A stretch of 53,062 nucleotides of DNA from an uncultured Porphyromonadaceae bacterium (GTDB taxonomy: Bacteria > Bacteroidota > Bacteroidia > Bacteroidales > UBA12481): assembly GCA_964416825.1 (NCBI GenBank), contig CAYQFT010000003.1, positions 1 to 53,062 on the forward strand, given 5' to 3'. Both the position numbers and the translations under genes were made by a program. Below, in pieces: positions 36,948 to 44,188 of the stretch (position 1 is the stretch's first letter; the number at the start of each line of letters is the position of its first letter). Under the pieces are notes generated by a model. The model was not told the origin of the DNA and ran no database searches. It saw nothing but the letters and a program-made list of their open reading frames with translations.

Positions 36948-37488
36948 GATTTACATTTTTTGAATTATTGTTTTGTTTGATCTGGTTTAGCATATCAACG
37001 AAGTTTTGCATGACTTTCAACCGCGCCTGGTAGTAACATATCATGGCATTAACAATCCGTTCATCTCCCGGATTCAGGCCCATTTTCTTTTGCAGATCCG
37101 TGTGCAGCGAGTCCATTCTTGCTATTTCCTGATGCATCGCATCCATGGTCATTTTATCCGTATAGTGTGATAAAGAGTCAATTCCAGTTGTTGTTTGATC
37201 GATCTGGCTGGTGAAGAAGTATTCTACTTTCTGCAATTCCGGGCTAATGTCACCCAGTCTGAAGCTGGCCGGAGCTGCATCGAAATATCGGTCATAAACG
37301 AATATTGACGAGGCTATCAGGAGGAGCCCAACCGCGGCAATGGAAGTTATCCTGTAAAGTTTTCGGATACGGTTTCTCCGCTGCTGGAACTTAAGCCGGT
37401 CTTCAAATCTTTCGAAGTGACCCTCCAGCGGTTCCTCATTTGTGAACATCTCTTTGTTCTCCATTATAAACTTTTCTAACTCGTCCAT
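36928..37488 (-). CDS. Putative anti-sigma factor, single-pass membrane protein
   Basis: 186 aa. One TM helix (ITSIAAVGLLLIASSIFVY). Positioned directly downstream of the ECF sigma gene. Confidence 0.5.
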   Translation of the reverse strand: MDELEKFIMENKEMFTNEEPLEGHFERFEDRLKFQQRRNRIRKLYRITSIAAVGLLLIASSIFVYDRYFDAAPASFRLGDISPELQKVEYFFTSQIDQTTTGIDSLSHYTDKMTMDAMHQEIARMDSLHTDLQKKMGLNPGDERIVNAMICYYQARLKVMQNFVDMLNQIKQNNNSKNVNHENTLL

Positions 37489-37496
37489 CTTATCTC

Positions 37497-37530
37497 ATTT
37501 CAACATTTCCACATTTCCACTTTTCAACAT
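37497..37530. repeat. Octanucleotide tandem array (4 units)
   Basis: ATTTCAAC ATTTCCAC ATTTCCAC TTTTCAAC, abutting the sigma-factor stop codon (37531-37533) and ending 8 nt before the anti-sigma start codon. Confidence 0.75.
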
Positions 37531-38094
37531 TTATACTGCTGCCATAATCTGCAACAGTTTCTGCTTCCCCCTCGAGAGCTGCGCCCGGCTTGTTGAGGCG
37601 GGCACCCCGAGTATCTGTCCGATCTCATCATGATCGTATCCTTCAAAAAGGCTCAGATTAAGGACCATCCGATATTTTTCGGGAAGCAACTGCATCGCGC
37701 GTTTCACTTTGCGTACCTTTTCCTCAACTGTTTCCTCTTCATTTTGCCAATCCGGTTCAGGAATGATCTCGTCTGGTATGTCAGCAACCAGATCAACCTG
37801 GTCTTTCCTTTTTCTCAACGCATCTAAAGAACGATTTACCACAATCCTTTTCAGCCATCCGCCGAAACTCGTATTCAGGTCAACGGTTCCCAGGTTCTGA
37901 AAAGCGGTAAGAAAGGCTTCCTGCATAACATCTTCTGCTTCCATCCGGTCACCTAATATTCTTAGGCTCACGTGGTACATCGGCCTGAAGTAGAGACGGT
38001 ATACCTTCATTTGTGCTTCCGTGTTGCCTTTTTTGCAACTTTCCAGCAACTCATGGTGCATGATCCTATTTACGGTTCCGGGTTCCATTTTCAA
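37531..38094 (-). CDS. ECF-type RNA polymerase sigma-70 family factor
   Basis: 187 aa. Region 2: EDVMQEAFLTAF. Region 4 HTH: MVLNLSLFEGYDHDEIGQILGVPASTSRAQLSRGKQKL. Confidence 0.9.
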   Translation of the reverse strand: MKMEPGTVNRIMHHELLESCKKGNTEAQMKVYRLYFRPMYHVSLRILGDRMEAEDVMQEAFLTAFQNLGTVDLNTSFGGWLKRIVVNRSLDALRKRKDQVDLVADIPDEIIPEPDWQNEEETVEEKVRKVKRAMQLLPEKYRMVLNLSLFEGYDHDEIGQILGVPASTSRAQLSRGKQKLLQIMAAV

Positions 38095-38110
38095 TCATAA
38101 GACGTGATGG

Positions 38111-38150
38111 AAAAAAAAATGCTGCAATTTTCAGGAAAAAGTTGCAGCAC
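38111..38150 (-). terminator. Rho-independent terminator after the thiS-like gene
   Basis: The minus strand forms an 8-bp stem TGCTGCAA / TTGCAGCA followed by a 9-nt T run. Confidence 0.75.
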
Positions 38151-38173
38151 TTAAATAATATGTGGACATGATG

Positions 38174-38377
38174 TCAGCCTCCTGAGATCATATGAATTAT
38201 CTCAACGATATCGCCTTCCTTAATTGCAGCTTCCTCCCATTGCGGCTTCCGAACCAGCTGCCCGTTAATCTTTATCACCAGGTTTGGGAACGTAAAGTTC
38301 TTTAATATCAGAACCTGACGGATGGTGAGTTCATCGCCAGGAAGCTGTTCGGAGTTGTTGTTCAGCGTAATGTTCAT
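38174..38377 (-). CDS. thiS: ThiS/MoaD-family sulfur-carrier protein
   Basis: 67 aa with a beta-grasp-like pattern, ending in the diagnostic C-terminal GG (IIHMISGG). Confidence 0.75.
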   Translation of the reverse strand: MNITLNNNSEQLPGDELTIRQVLILKNFTFPNLVIKINGQLVRKPQWEEAAIKEGDIVEIIHMISGG

Positions 38378-38387
38378 TGTACTTGTA

Positions 38388-38406
38388 GGGGCGCCCTGCG
38401 GGCGCC
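38388..38406. repeat. REP-like GC hairpin with TGC loop
   Basis: GGGCGCCC-TGC-GGGCGCCC has the same stem-TGC-stem design as three hairpins at 18311-18400. It lies in the 54-nt gap between the lipoprotein gene and thiS. Confidence 0.7.
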
Positions 38407-38431
38407 CGTTTTGCCCTATTTCTTGGTTCGA

Positions 38432-39571
38432 TTAAAGATTCCGGTAGTTATTCCTCAGGAAGTTTTTTACCTGTTCCATGATTGGTTTGGTGAATTCAAG
38501 GAAAAGATCCTGCGCGGGCGGGGGCATCATGGCTTTTCTCTTGCAGAGTTCCAGCTGCTGCGGAGAAAGTGCGCGACCGTCACCATTGTAACTGGCCCAT
38601 TCGGTAACCCAGGCATAGGTTCCGGGATACTTCTGCGAAGCCCTCGGCTTATTTGTTTTCGCATCTATAATTTGGACCATAAGCACTCCGCTGGATATTA
38701 CTTCCCGGCGGTGTGTTGTGAGTTTAGCTTTAACCTGGTTATAAACGTTAACCTTCTGACCGTTAACAGTGGTATTTCCTACAAGCACCGAATCCTTGCT
38801 GGTGTATTCCTTCTCAGATTCCTTGTCGCTTGTGGCGCCCACAACAAAGTCATCAAATTCCATCACCAGTATCTCGTCAACATAAGGCAGGCTCTTTGCT
38901 GCTGACGGGCTGTAAAACTCTACGAATTCCTGCCTTAGGCCTTTTGCCAGGAAGGAATAAACCTGATCATAAAAAAACTCCGAACTGATTTTGTACCTGC
39001 CGGGCACGGGGATCTGCTCAACCGTAACCTTGAGAGTTGCTTCGAACTTAGCTTTTTCAATTCTTTCTTTAACGTCCTGGTAACCGGGAACAAACCGATC
39101 GGCATTGAGGAACTGATAATAGGCGTCTTTCGCGGAAAGCCTTGTGCCCTGTTTCATCAGGTTAAGGCCAGAATTATAAGCTTCCGGTGCAGCCTTCTGC
39201 CGGGCTTCAGCAAGCTGGTCACCATAATACTCAGGAGATTTGATGATTTTCAAAGCGGCCGGACAATGACGGATCTCGTCCGACATTTTGTTCAGTGCTT
39301 CATATCGGTCAACCACTCCGGCATACCGGAACGGATCCTTACTGGTCAGCAGTTGGTCGATCTCATCGTTTGCGGTACTAACCGCCAGCGGATAGGCCTC
39401 TTTTAGGGTCTCTGCAGACTTCTTACTGTCGGGATTGTCACGAAGCCGCTCAACGGCTTTGAGCACTGCTGCTGAATAATTGCCTTCCTGAAGTGCCTTT
39501 TTGCCAGTTGAACAGGAGGTGATCATGAGAACCGCAGCAACCAGGGTTGCTGAAAGTAAAAGTTTTTTCAT
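38432..39571 (-). CDS. Lipoprotein of unknown function
   Basis: 379 aa. Lipobox signal MKKLLLSATLVAAVLMITSCS. No family recognised. Confidence 0.6.
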   Translation of the reverse strand: MKKLLLSATLVAAVLMITSCSTGKKALQEGNYSAAVLKAVERLRDNPDSKKSAETLKEAYPLAVSTANDEIDQLLTSKDPFRYAGVVDRYEALNKMSDEIRHCPAALKIIKSPEYYGDQLAEARQKAAPEAYNSGLNLMKQGTRLSAKDAYYQFLNADRFVPGYQDVKERIEKAKFEATLKVTVEQIPVPGRYKISSEFFYDQVYSFLAKGLRQEFVEFYSPSAAKSLPYVDEILVMEFDDFVVGATSDKESEKEYTSKDSVLVGNTTVNGQKVNVYNQVKAKLTTHRREVISSGVLMVQIIDAKTNKPRASQKYPGTYAWVTEWASYNGDGRALSPQQLELCKRKAMMPPPAQDLFLEFTKPIMEQVKNFLRNNYRNL

Positions 39572-39587
39572 CTTTTATAATGGAAAG

Positions 39588-40280
39588 TTAAAGTTGTACT
39601 TTTTTCCCTTTAGAACTGAAGGATTGAGTGCCCAGACCCTGTCCGATTAATTCCAACACAGCAAATTCATACGGATCAAATATCATCCCGAACAAACTGG
39701 TAAAACCAAAAGCATCCTTCATCTGCCCATTAAGGGGCGTTGATGGTCCTAACAGATAGAGTTCGGTTTTTGTTTTAGAATTGGCCAGGATGTCAGAAAG
39801 CGATTTGTTGATCAGACTCGTAGCGGAGATAATTACCTGGCAGGCATCAAGAATGGCTGACGGCAGTTCGGCTGCCGGCGACAGATCCTCGTTTTCTTTT
39901 TGCAGATCGAATGCTTTCAGCGGAAGGCCTTCGCTTTTAAACTTCTCAACAAGAGGCGGAAAGTATCCGATCATGACGGTGGGTTGACTCCTGCTGAACT
40001 GCACCCTGTCGAAGATGTCACCCGCGAGGGTATACTCCTGCTCGTAATTCAGTACGGCATTGGAATAGGCAAGCTGAAAAACTCTGTGATCCTGCCGGTT
40101 TAGATCGATTTTCGTAATCATTTGAGGATCAGATTCAAGAGTGATTCCCAGAGTAGAGGATACCCCAATCTGACCGTTTGCCAGCATGACCCCGAAATAC
40201 ATGTCACCTTTTACCGAAGCGAGTATCTTGCCAGCATCATAGGGGCACTTTTCTGCAAGAAATTCCAGTGGGTCTGTCAT
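39588..40280 (-). CDS. DUF364 (putative heavy-metal chelation domain) protein
   Basis: About 230 aa from Met at 40280. The C-terminal half (IISATSLINKSLSDIL ... LYLLGPSTPL ... FGMIF) matches the Rossmann-like DUF364 pattern as I remember it. The ORF is open to 40322. Confidence 0.55.
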   Translation of the reverse strand: MTDPLEFLAEKCPYDAGKILASVKGDMYFGVMLANGQIGVSSTLGITLESDPQMITKIDLNRQDHRVFQLAYSNAVLNYEQEYTLAGDIFDRVQFSRSQPTVMIGYFPPLVEKFKSEGLPLKAFDLQKENEDLSPAAELPSAILDACQVIISATSLINKSLSDILANSKTKTELYLLGPSTPLNGQMKDAFGFTSLFGMIFDPYEFAVLELIGQGLGTQSFSSKGKKVQL

Positions 40281-40430
40281 GGCTGTATTAAAAATCCAAA
40301 GGTAAAAAACTTGAGAACACATTTGCGATATGCATAAATATGCATAATGACATAAATCATCTAATCATAGGGGGTTGGGTGGCTTTAATGTGCTATTTTT
40401 GTCACAAACGAAAGCAAAAAATTAAGTTTT

Positions 40431-42587
40431 ATGGACGTAAAAACAATGCTTGAAACCCACAAACTTCTGGCTGAATTCCGATACGAAGTTACACCGCTTG
40501 ATAAAGGGTATACGGATAAGGTCCTCTATATTAATATCTCGGATAATACCTTTAAAATAAAGGATGTTCCGCCCGTAATGAAAGAAAAGTTCATCGGAGG
40601 GAAGGGATATGGCCTCAAGTTGCTATGGGATGCCACAAAACCTGATACCAAATGGAACGATCCGGAAAATGAGATCATTATTTCTTCGGGTCCCATTGCC
40701 GGGATTACACAGTATTCCGGCACCGGAAAATCATTGGTGGTGACCCTTTCTCCTGCAAGTAATTCTGTTACAGATAGTAATGCGGGCGGCTATTTCGGGC
40801 CGTTTGTAAAGTTCTCCGGTTTTGATGCCATCGAACTCCAGGGCAAGGCGAAATCCGAAGTGATCATAGTCATCGATGGAACCACCGGAACAGTTAGCAT
40901 CGAGGAGGCTCCCCGGGAGCCGCTTGACAGCCATGTGCTCAGCGAAATCCTGACAGAGATGTACGCATCGGACGCCGACAGCAAGCACAATGTCTCCGTG
41001 ATTACAACCGGAATGGCAGCAGAGCACAGCTGGGTCGGAATGATGAACTTCAGTTTCTTTGATAAGAAGAAAAATCGCGTACGCTTGAAGCAGGCCGGAC
41101 GCGGAGGAACCGGAACCGTTCTGAGGAACAAGAAGGTAAAAGCCATCGTCTGCAAGATTCCGGGTGTGAAAGGAAATCTCAACAATGTTGTTGACCTGCC
41201 GGCCATCATGGAAAGGGGGAAGCGGTTTAACACAGAAATCCGGGAACTGGATGACAAGCAATGTGAAATGCGCACCAAGGGAACTGCCCACCTAATGGAG
41301 ATCATGAATGACTATGATCTGCTGCCAACAATGAATTACAAATATGGTTCTCACCCTGATGCATACAAGATTGATTCGGAAATATGGAAATCCAGGTTTA
41401 AGCAAGGTACACCTGACGGTTGCTGGATTGGATGTAACATGGGCTGCGCAAAAGCAGTAGATCCCTATATCGTAAAAACGGGTCCCTATGCTGGTGAAGA
41501 CGTGCTGGTTGATGGCCCTGAATATGAGAATGCTGCCGGATTAGGTTCAAACTGTGGAATCTTTGATCCGGACTATATTATCGAGGCCAATTTCTATTGC
41601 GACACCTACGGTATGGATACCATCAGCTGGAGCACCATGATGGCTTTCATCATGGAGTGCTATGAAGCTGGTGTCCTCACCAAGGAACGGACCGGCGGTC
41701 TGGAGCTGAACTGGGGTAATACCGAAGCTGCAATTGAACTGCTGCACCAGGTTGCCCGCGGAGAAGGATTTGGGTTGATTGCAGGCAAAGGTATCCGCAA
41801 GATGAAGGAACATTTTACGAAGGAATTCGGTGCGGATCCGAAATTCCTGCAGGATATCGGAATGGAAAACAAGGGACTGGAATATTCAGAGTACGTGTCC
41901 AAGGAGTCGCTCGCCCAGCAGGGAGGTTTTGCCATGACAAACAAAGGCCCGCAACATGATGAAGCCTGGCTGATTTTTATGGATATGGTTAATAATCACA
42001 TTCCTACGTTTGAAGCCAAGGCTGAAGCCTTACACTATTTTCCGATGTTCAGAACCTGGTTTGGCCTGGTCGGATTATGCAAGCTTCCTTGGAATGATGT
42101 GGAACCCGCCAATAATGCCGAAACAAGCGAACCGGCCAAGGTCCCGGAACATGTTGATAATTACGTTACTATTTATAAAGCGGTTACGGGACGCGACTTT
42201 GACAACAAGCGTTTGATTGAAGACTCAGAGCGAGTCTATAATTTCCAGCGGGTTTTCAACCTGAGGAGAGGCTATGGCGTAAGAAAATATGACGCACAAC
42301 CCTTCAGGGCTGCCGGACCGGTTACTCAGGAAGAATATGAAAGCCGCGCCGAGCGCTATGATAAACAGCTGAAAGAACAGGTTGGCTTTGACCCTGAAGG
42401 AAAGACCACAGAGGAAAAGCATAATGCGCTCCGGGCATACCGCGAAGGACGTTATGAGCAACTCCTTGATGCCGTATACAATCGCAGGGGCTGGAATAAG
42501 AATGGCGTACCTAAGATCGAGTTTCTCAAGAAGATCGGCATGGACCTCCCGGAAGTACTGGAGGTGGTTGCGCCGTTTCAAGAGTAG
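40431..42587 (+). CDS. Aldehyde:ferredoxin oxidoreductase family (tungstopterin enzyme)
   Basis: 718 aa. AFOR_N start: DKVLYINISDNTFKIKDVP..KFIGGKGYGLKLLWD. Cluster/pterin region: DGCWIGCNMGCAK. Long AFOR_C domain. Confidence 0.88.
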   Translation: MDVKTMLETHKLLAEFRYEVTPLDKGYTDKVLYINISDNTFKIKDVPPVMKEKFIGGKGYGLKLLWDATKPDTKWNDPENEIIISSGPIAGITQYSGTGKSLVVTLSPASNSVTDSNAGGYFGPFVKFSGFDAIELQGKAKSEVIIVIDGTTGTVSIEEAPREPLDSHVLSEILTEMYASDADSKHNVSVITTGMAAEHSWVGMMNFSFFDKKKNRVRLKQAGRGGTGTVLRNKKVKAIVCKIPGVKGNLNNVVDLPAIMERGKRFNTEIRELDDKQCEMRTKGTAHLMEIMNDYDLLPTMNYKYGSHPDAYKIDSEIWKSRFKQGTPDGCWIGCNMGCAKAVDPYIVKTGPYAGEDVLVDGPEYENAAGLGSNCGIFDPDYIIEANFYCDTYGMDTISWSTMMAFIMECYEAGVLTKERTGGLELNWGNTEAAIELLHQVARGEGFGLIAGKGIRKMKEHFTKEFGADPKFLQDIGMENKGLEYSEYVSKESLAQQGGFAMTNKGPQHDEAWLIFMDMVNNHIPTFEAKAEALHYFPMFRTWFGLVGLCKLPWNDVEPANNAETSEPAKVPEHVDNYVTIYKAVTGRDFDNKRLIEDSERVYNFQRVFNLRRGYGVRKYDAQPFRAAGPVTQEEYESRAERYDKQLKEQVGFDPEGKTTEEKHNALRAYREGRYEQLLDAVYNRRGWNKNGVPKIEFLKKIGMDLPEVLEVVAPFQE

Positions 42588-42684
42588 TCAGGAGTCTGGA
42601 GCCAGGAGTCGGGAGTCGGGAGTCGGGAGTCGGGAGTCGGGAGTCGGAAGTCAGGAGACTCCTGACTCCAGACTCCCGACTTTT
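42588..42684 (+). repeat. Heptanucleotide array (10 direct plus 3 inverted units) forming a terminator-like hairpin
   Basis: Starts 1 nt after the AOR stop: TCAGGAG TCTGGAG CCAGGAG TCGGGAG x5 TCGGAAG TCAGGAG, then A, then CTCCTGA CTCCAGA CTCCCGA, then C TTTT. The last 21 nt of the direct array pair with the inverted units at 19/21 positions. Confidence 0.9.
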
Positions 42685-42701
42685 CATATCTTTGCGCCCC
42701 G

Positions 42702-44156
42702 ATGACTGAAGAAAGACTAGAGGCAAAGAGCAGGGAGCTGGGCGACGAAAAAATTCCCCGACTAATGTGGAAGTACTTTCTTCCGGCGTTTGTCGGGGTT
42801 ATCATGAATGCTACATACAACATCGTTGACCGGATCTTTATCGGTCAGGGTGTCGGGTCCATGGCGCTCTCCGGACTTAGTGTGGTTTTCCCAATTATGC
42901 TCATCGTGATGGCCTTTGGCATGCTGATTGGCATGGGTGCAGGGGTGCAGGTTTCCATCAATATGGGAAGGAAAGATTTCTCCCGGGCCGAAAAGGTGCT
43001 GGGGAACGGAGTATTCCTGATGGTTGTGGTGGGCCTTTTTGTCACCTTTCTGGGGTTCCTGATTAAGGGCCCGATGCTAAGAGCTTTCGGAGCCACCGAC
43101 GAAACCATCCGGTATGCTCAGGATTACCTCAACATCATCCTGGTCGGTGTGGTGTTTCAGATGATCGGCTTTGGCCTCAACAACATAATCCGCGCTGAAG
43201 GGAACGCCCGGATCGCCATGCTTTCCATGCTCCTGAGCGGTGGCATCAACCTGGTGCTGGACCCTATTTTTATTTTCGTTTTCGATCTTGGTGTTAAAGG
43301 AGCTGCTTATGCTACCGTCATTGCCATGATGGCACTGGATGTTTGGGTCCTACTGCATTTTACAAGCAAGCGTGCAGTAATCAGACTTCGGATGCCTAAT
43401 ATCAGGCCCAACTGGAAAATTATCGGGCTCATCATTTCCATCGGAATGGCGCCATTCTTTATGCAGTTGGGATCCAGCGCAGTTAATGCACTCTTCATGA
43501 ATCAGCTGATCAAACATGGAGGAGACCTTGCAGTCGGCGCCCTGGGGATCATTGCATCAGTAGCCCAATTATTGGTCATGTCAATGGTTGCCATTAACAT
43601 GGCCAGCCAGCCAATCGTGGGTTTCAATTTCGGAGCGCGGAACTACTCCCGCGTTAAGGAAACTGTCAGAACCGGGATTCTGGCCGCTACTGCTATTGGT
43701 GTTTTCGGATGGCTGATCGTCCAGATCTTCCCCCATTTTATTGTACGCCTGTTTAATTCCGATGACCCGGTGCTCTTTGATATCGCGGATAAAGGATTAC
43801 GTATCTTTTTGCTGACATTACCGCTGGTCGGTTTCCAGGTAATAGCCGCCAATTTTTTTCAGAGCATCGGTAAGGCTAAAATGGCCACCTTCCTGTCACT
43901 GCTGCGGCAACTGATCATACTGGTCCCGGCCCTGCTTATCCTGCCTGAGATATTCGGTCTGAAGGGAGTATGGCTTTGCAGCCCGGTGGCCGATGTGACT
44001 TCAGCCATCATTACCGGATCATTCCTCCTTTGGCAGGTCAGAAAACTCGGAACAGAGGATCCTGATAAGATTGCTGGCGGAAAGCCCCATCCCGGACCTG
44101 ATGATGATGCAGCAACACGTGCCGTTGAGTCTTTTCAGATTGTTACACCGGAATAA
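42702..44156 (+). CDS. MATE-family efflux transporter
   Basis: 484 aa with 12 predicted TM segments. N-terminal IPRLMWKYFLPAFVGVIMNATYNIVDRIFIGQ is typical of MatE. Confidence 0.85.
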   Translation: MTEERLEAKSRELGDEKIPRLMWKYFLPAFVGVIMNATYNIVDRIFIGQGVGSMALSGLSVVFPIMLIVMAFGMLIGMGAGVQVSINMGRKDFSRAEKVLGNGVFLMVVVGLFVTFLGFLIKGPMLRAFGATDETIRYAQDYLNIILVGVVFQMIGFGLNNIIRAEGNARIAMLSMLLSGGINLVLDPIFIFVFDLGVKGAAYATVIAMMALDVWVLLHFTSKRAVIRLRMPNIRPNWKIIGLIISIGMAPFFMQLGSSAVNALFMNQLIKHGGDLAVGALGIIASVAQLLVMSMVAINMASQPIVGFNFGARNYSRVKETVRTGILAATAIGVFGWLIVQIFPHFIVRLFNSDDPVLFDIADKGLRIFLLTLPLVGFQVIAANFFQSIGKAKMATFLSLLRQLIILVPALLILPEIFGLKGVWLCSPVADVTSAIITGSFLLWQVRKLGTEDPDKIAGGKPHPGPDDDAATRAVESFQIVTPE

Positions 44157-44188
44157 TCTTCTACTTTTATCAGGATAAATCAAACCTG

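Noticed and set aside
38378-38431. TPP riboswitch upstream of the thiS-like gene.
   Set aside because: Only 54 nt separate it from the preceding gene, and a GGGCGCCC-TGC-GGGCGCCC hairpin occupies them. That is too short for a THI-box aptamer, and none of its conserved segments (such as CUGAGA) were seen.
42382-42823. Three ORFs (42382-42705 +, 42526-42726 -, 42578-42823 -) encode repetitive peptides such as SRESGVGSRESGVGS and LPTPDSRLPTPDS.
   Set aside because: They are translations of the heptamer array at 42588-42684. They overlap the AOR 3' end and the MATE 5' end, and the 7-nt period makes the peptide periodicity an artefact.
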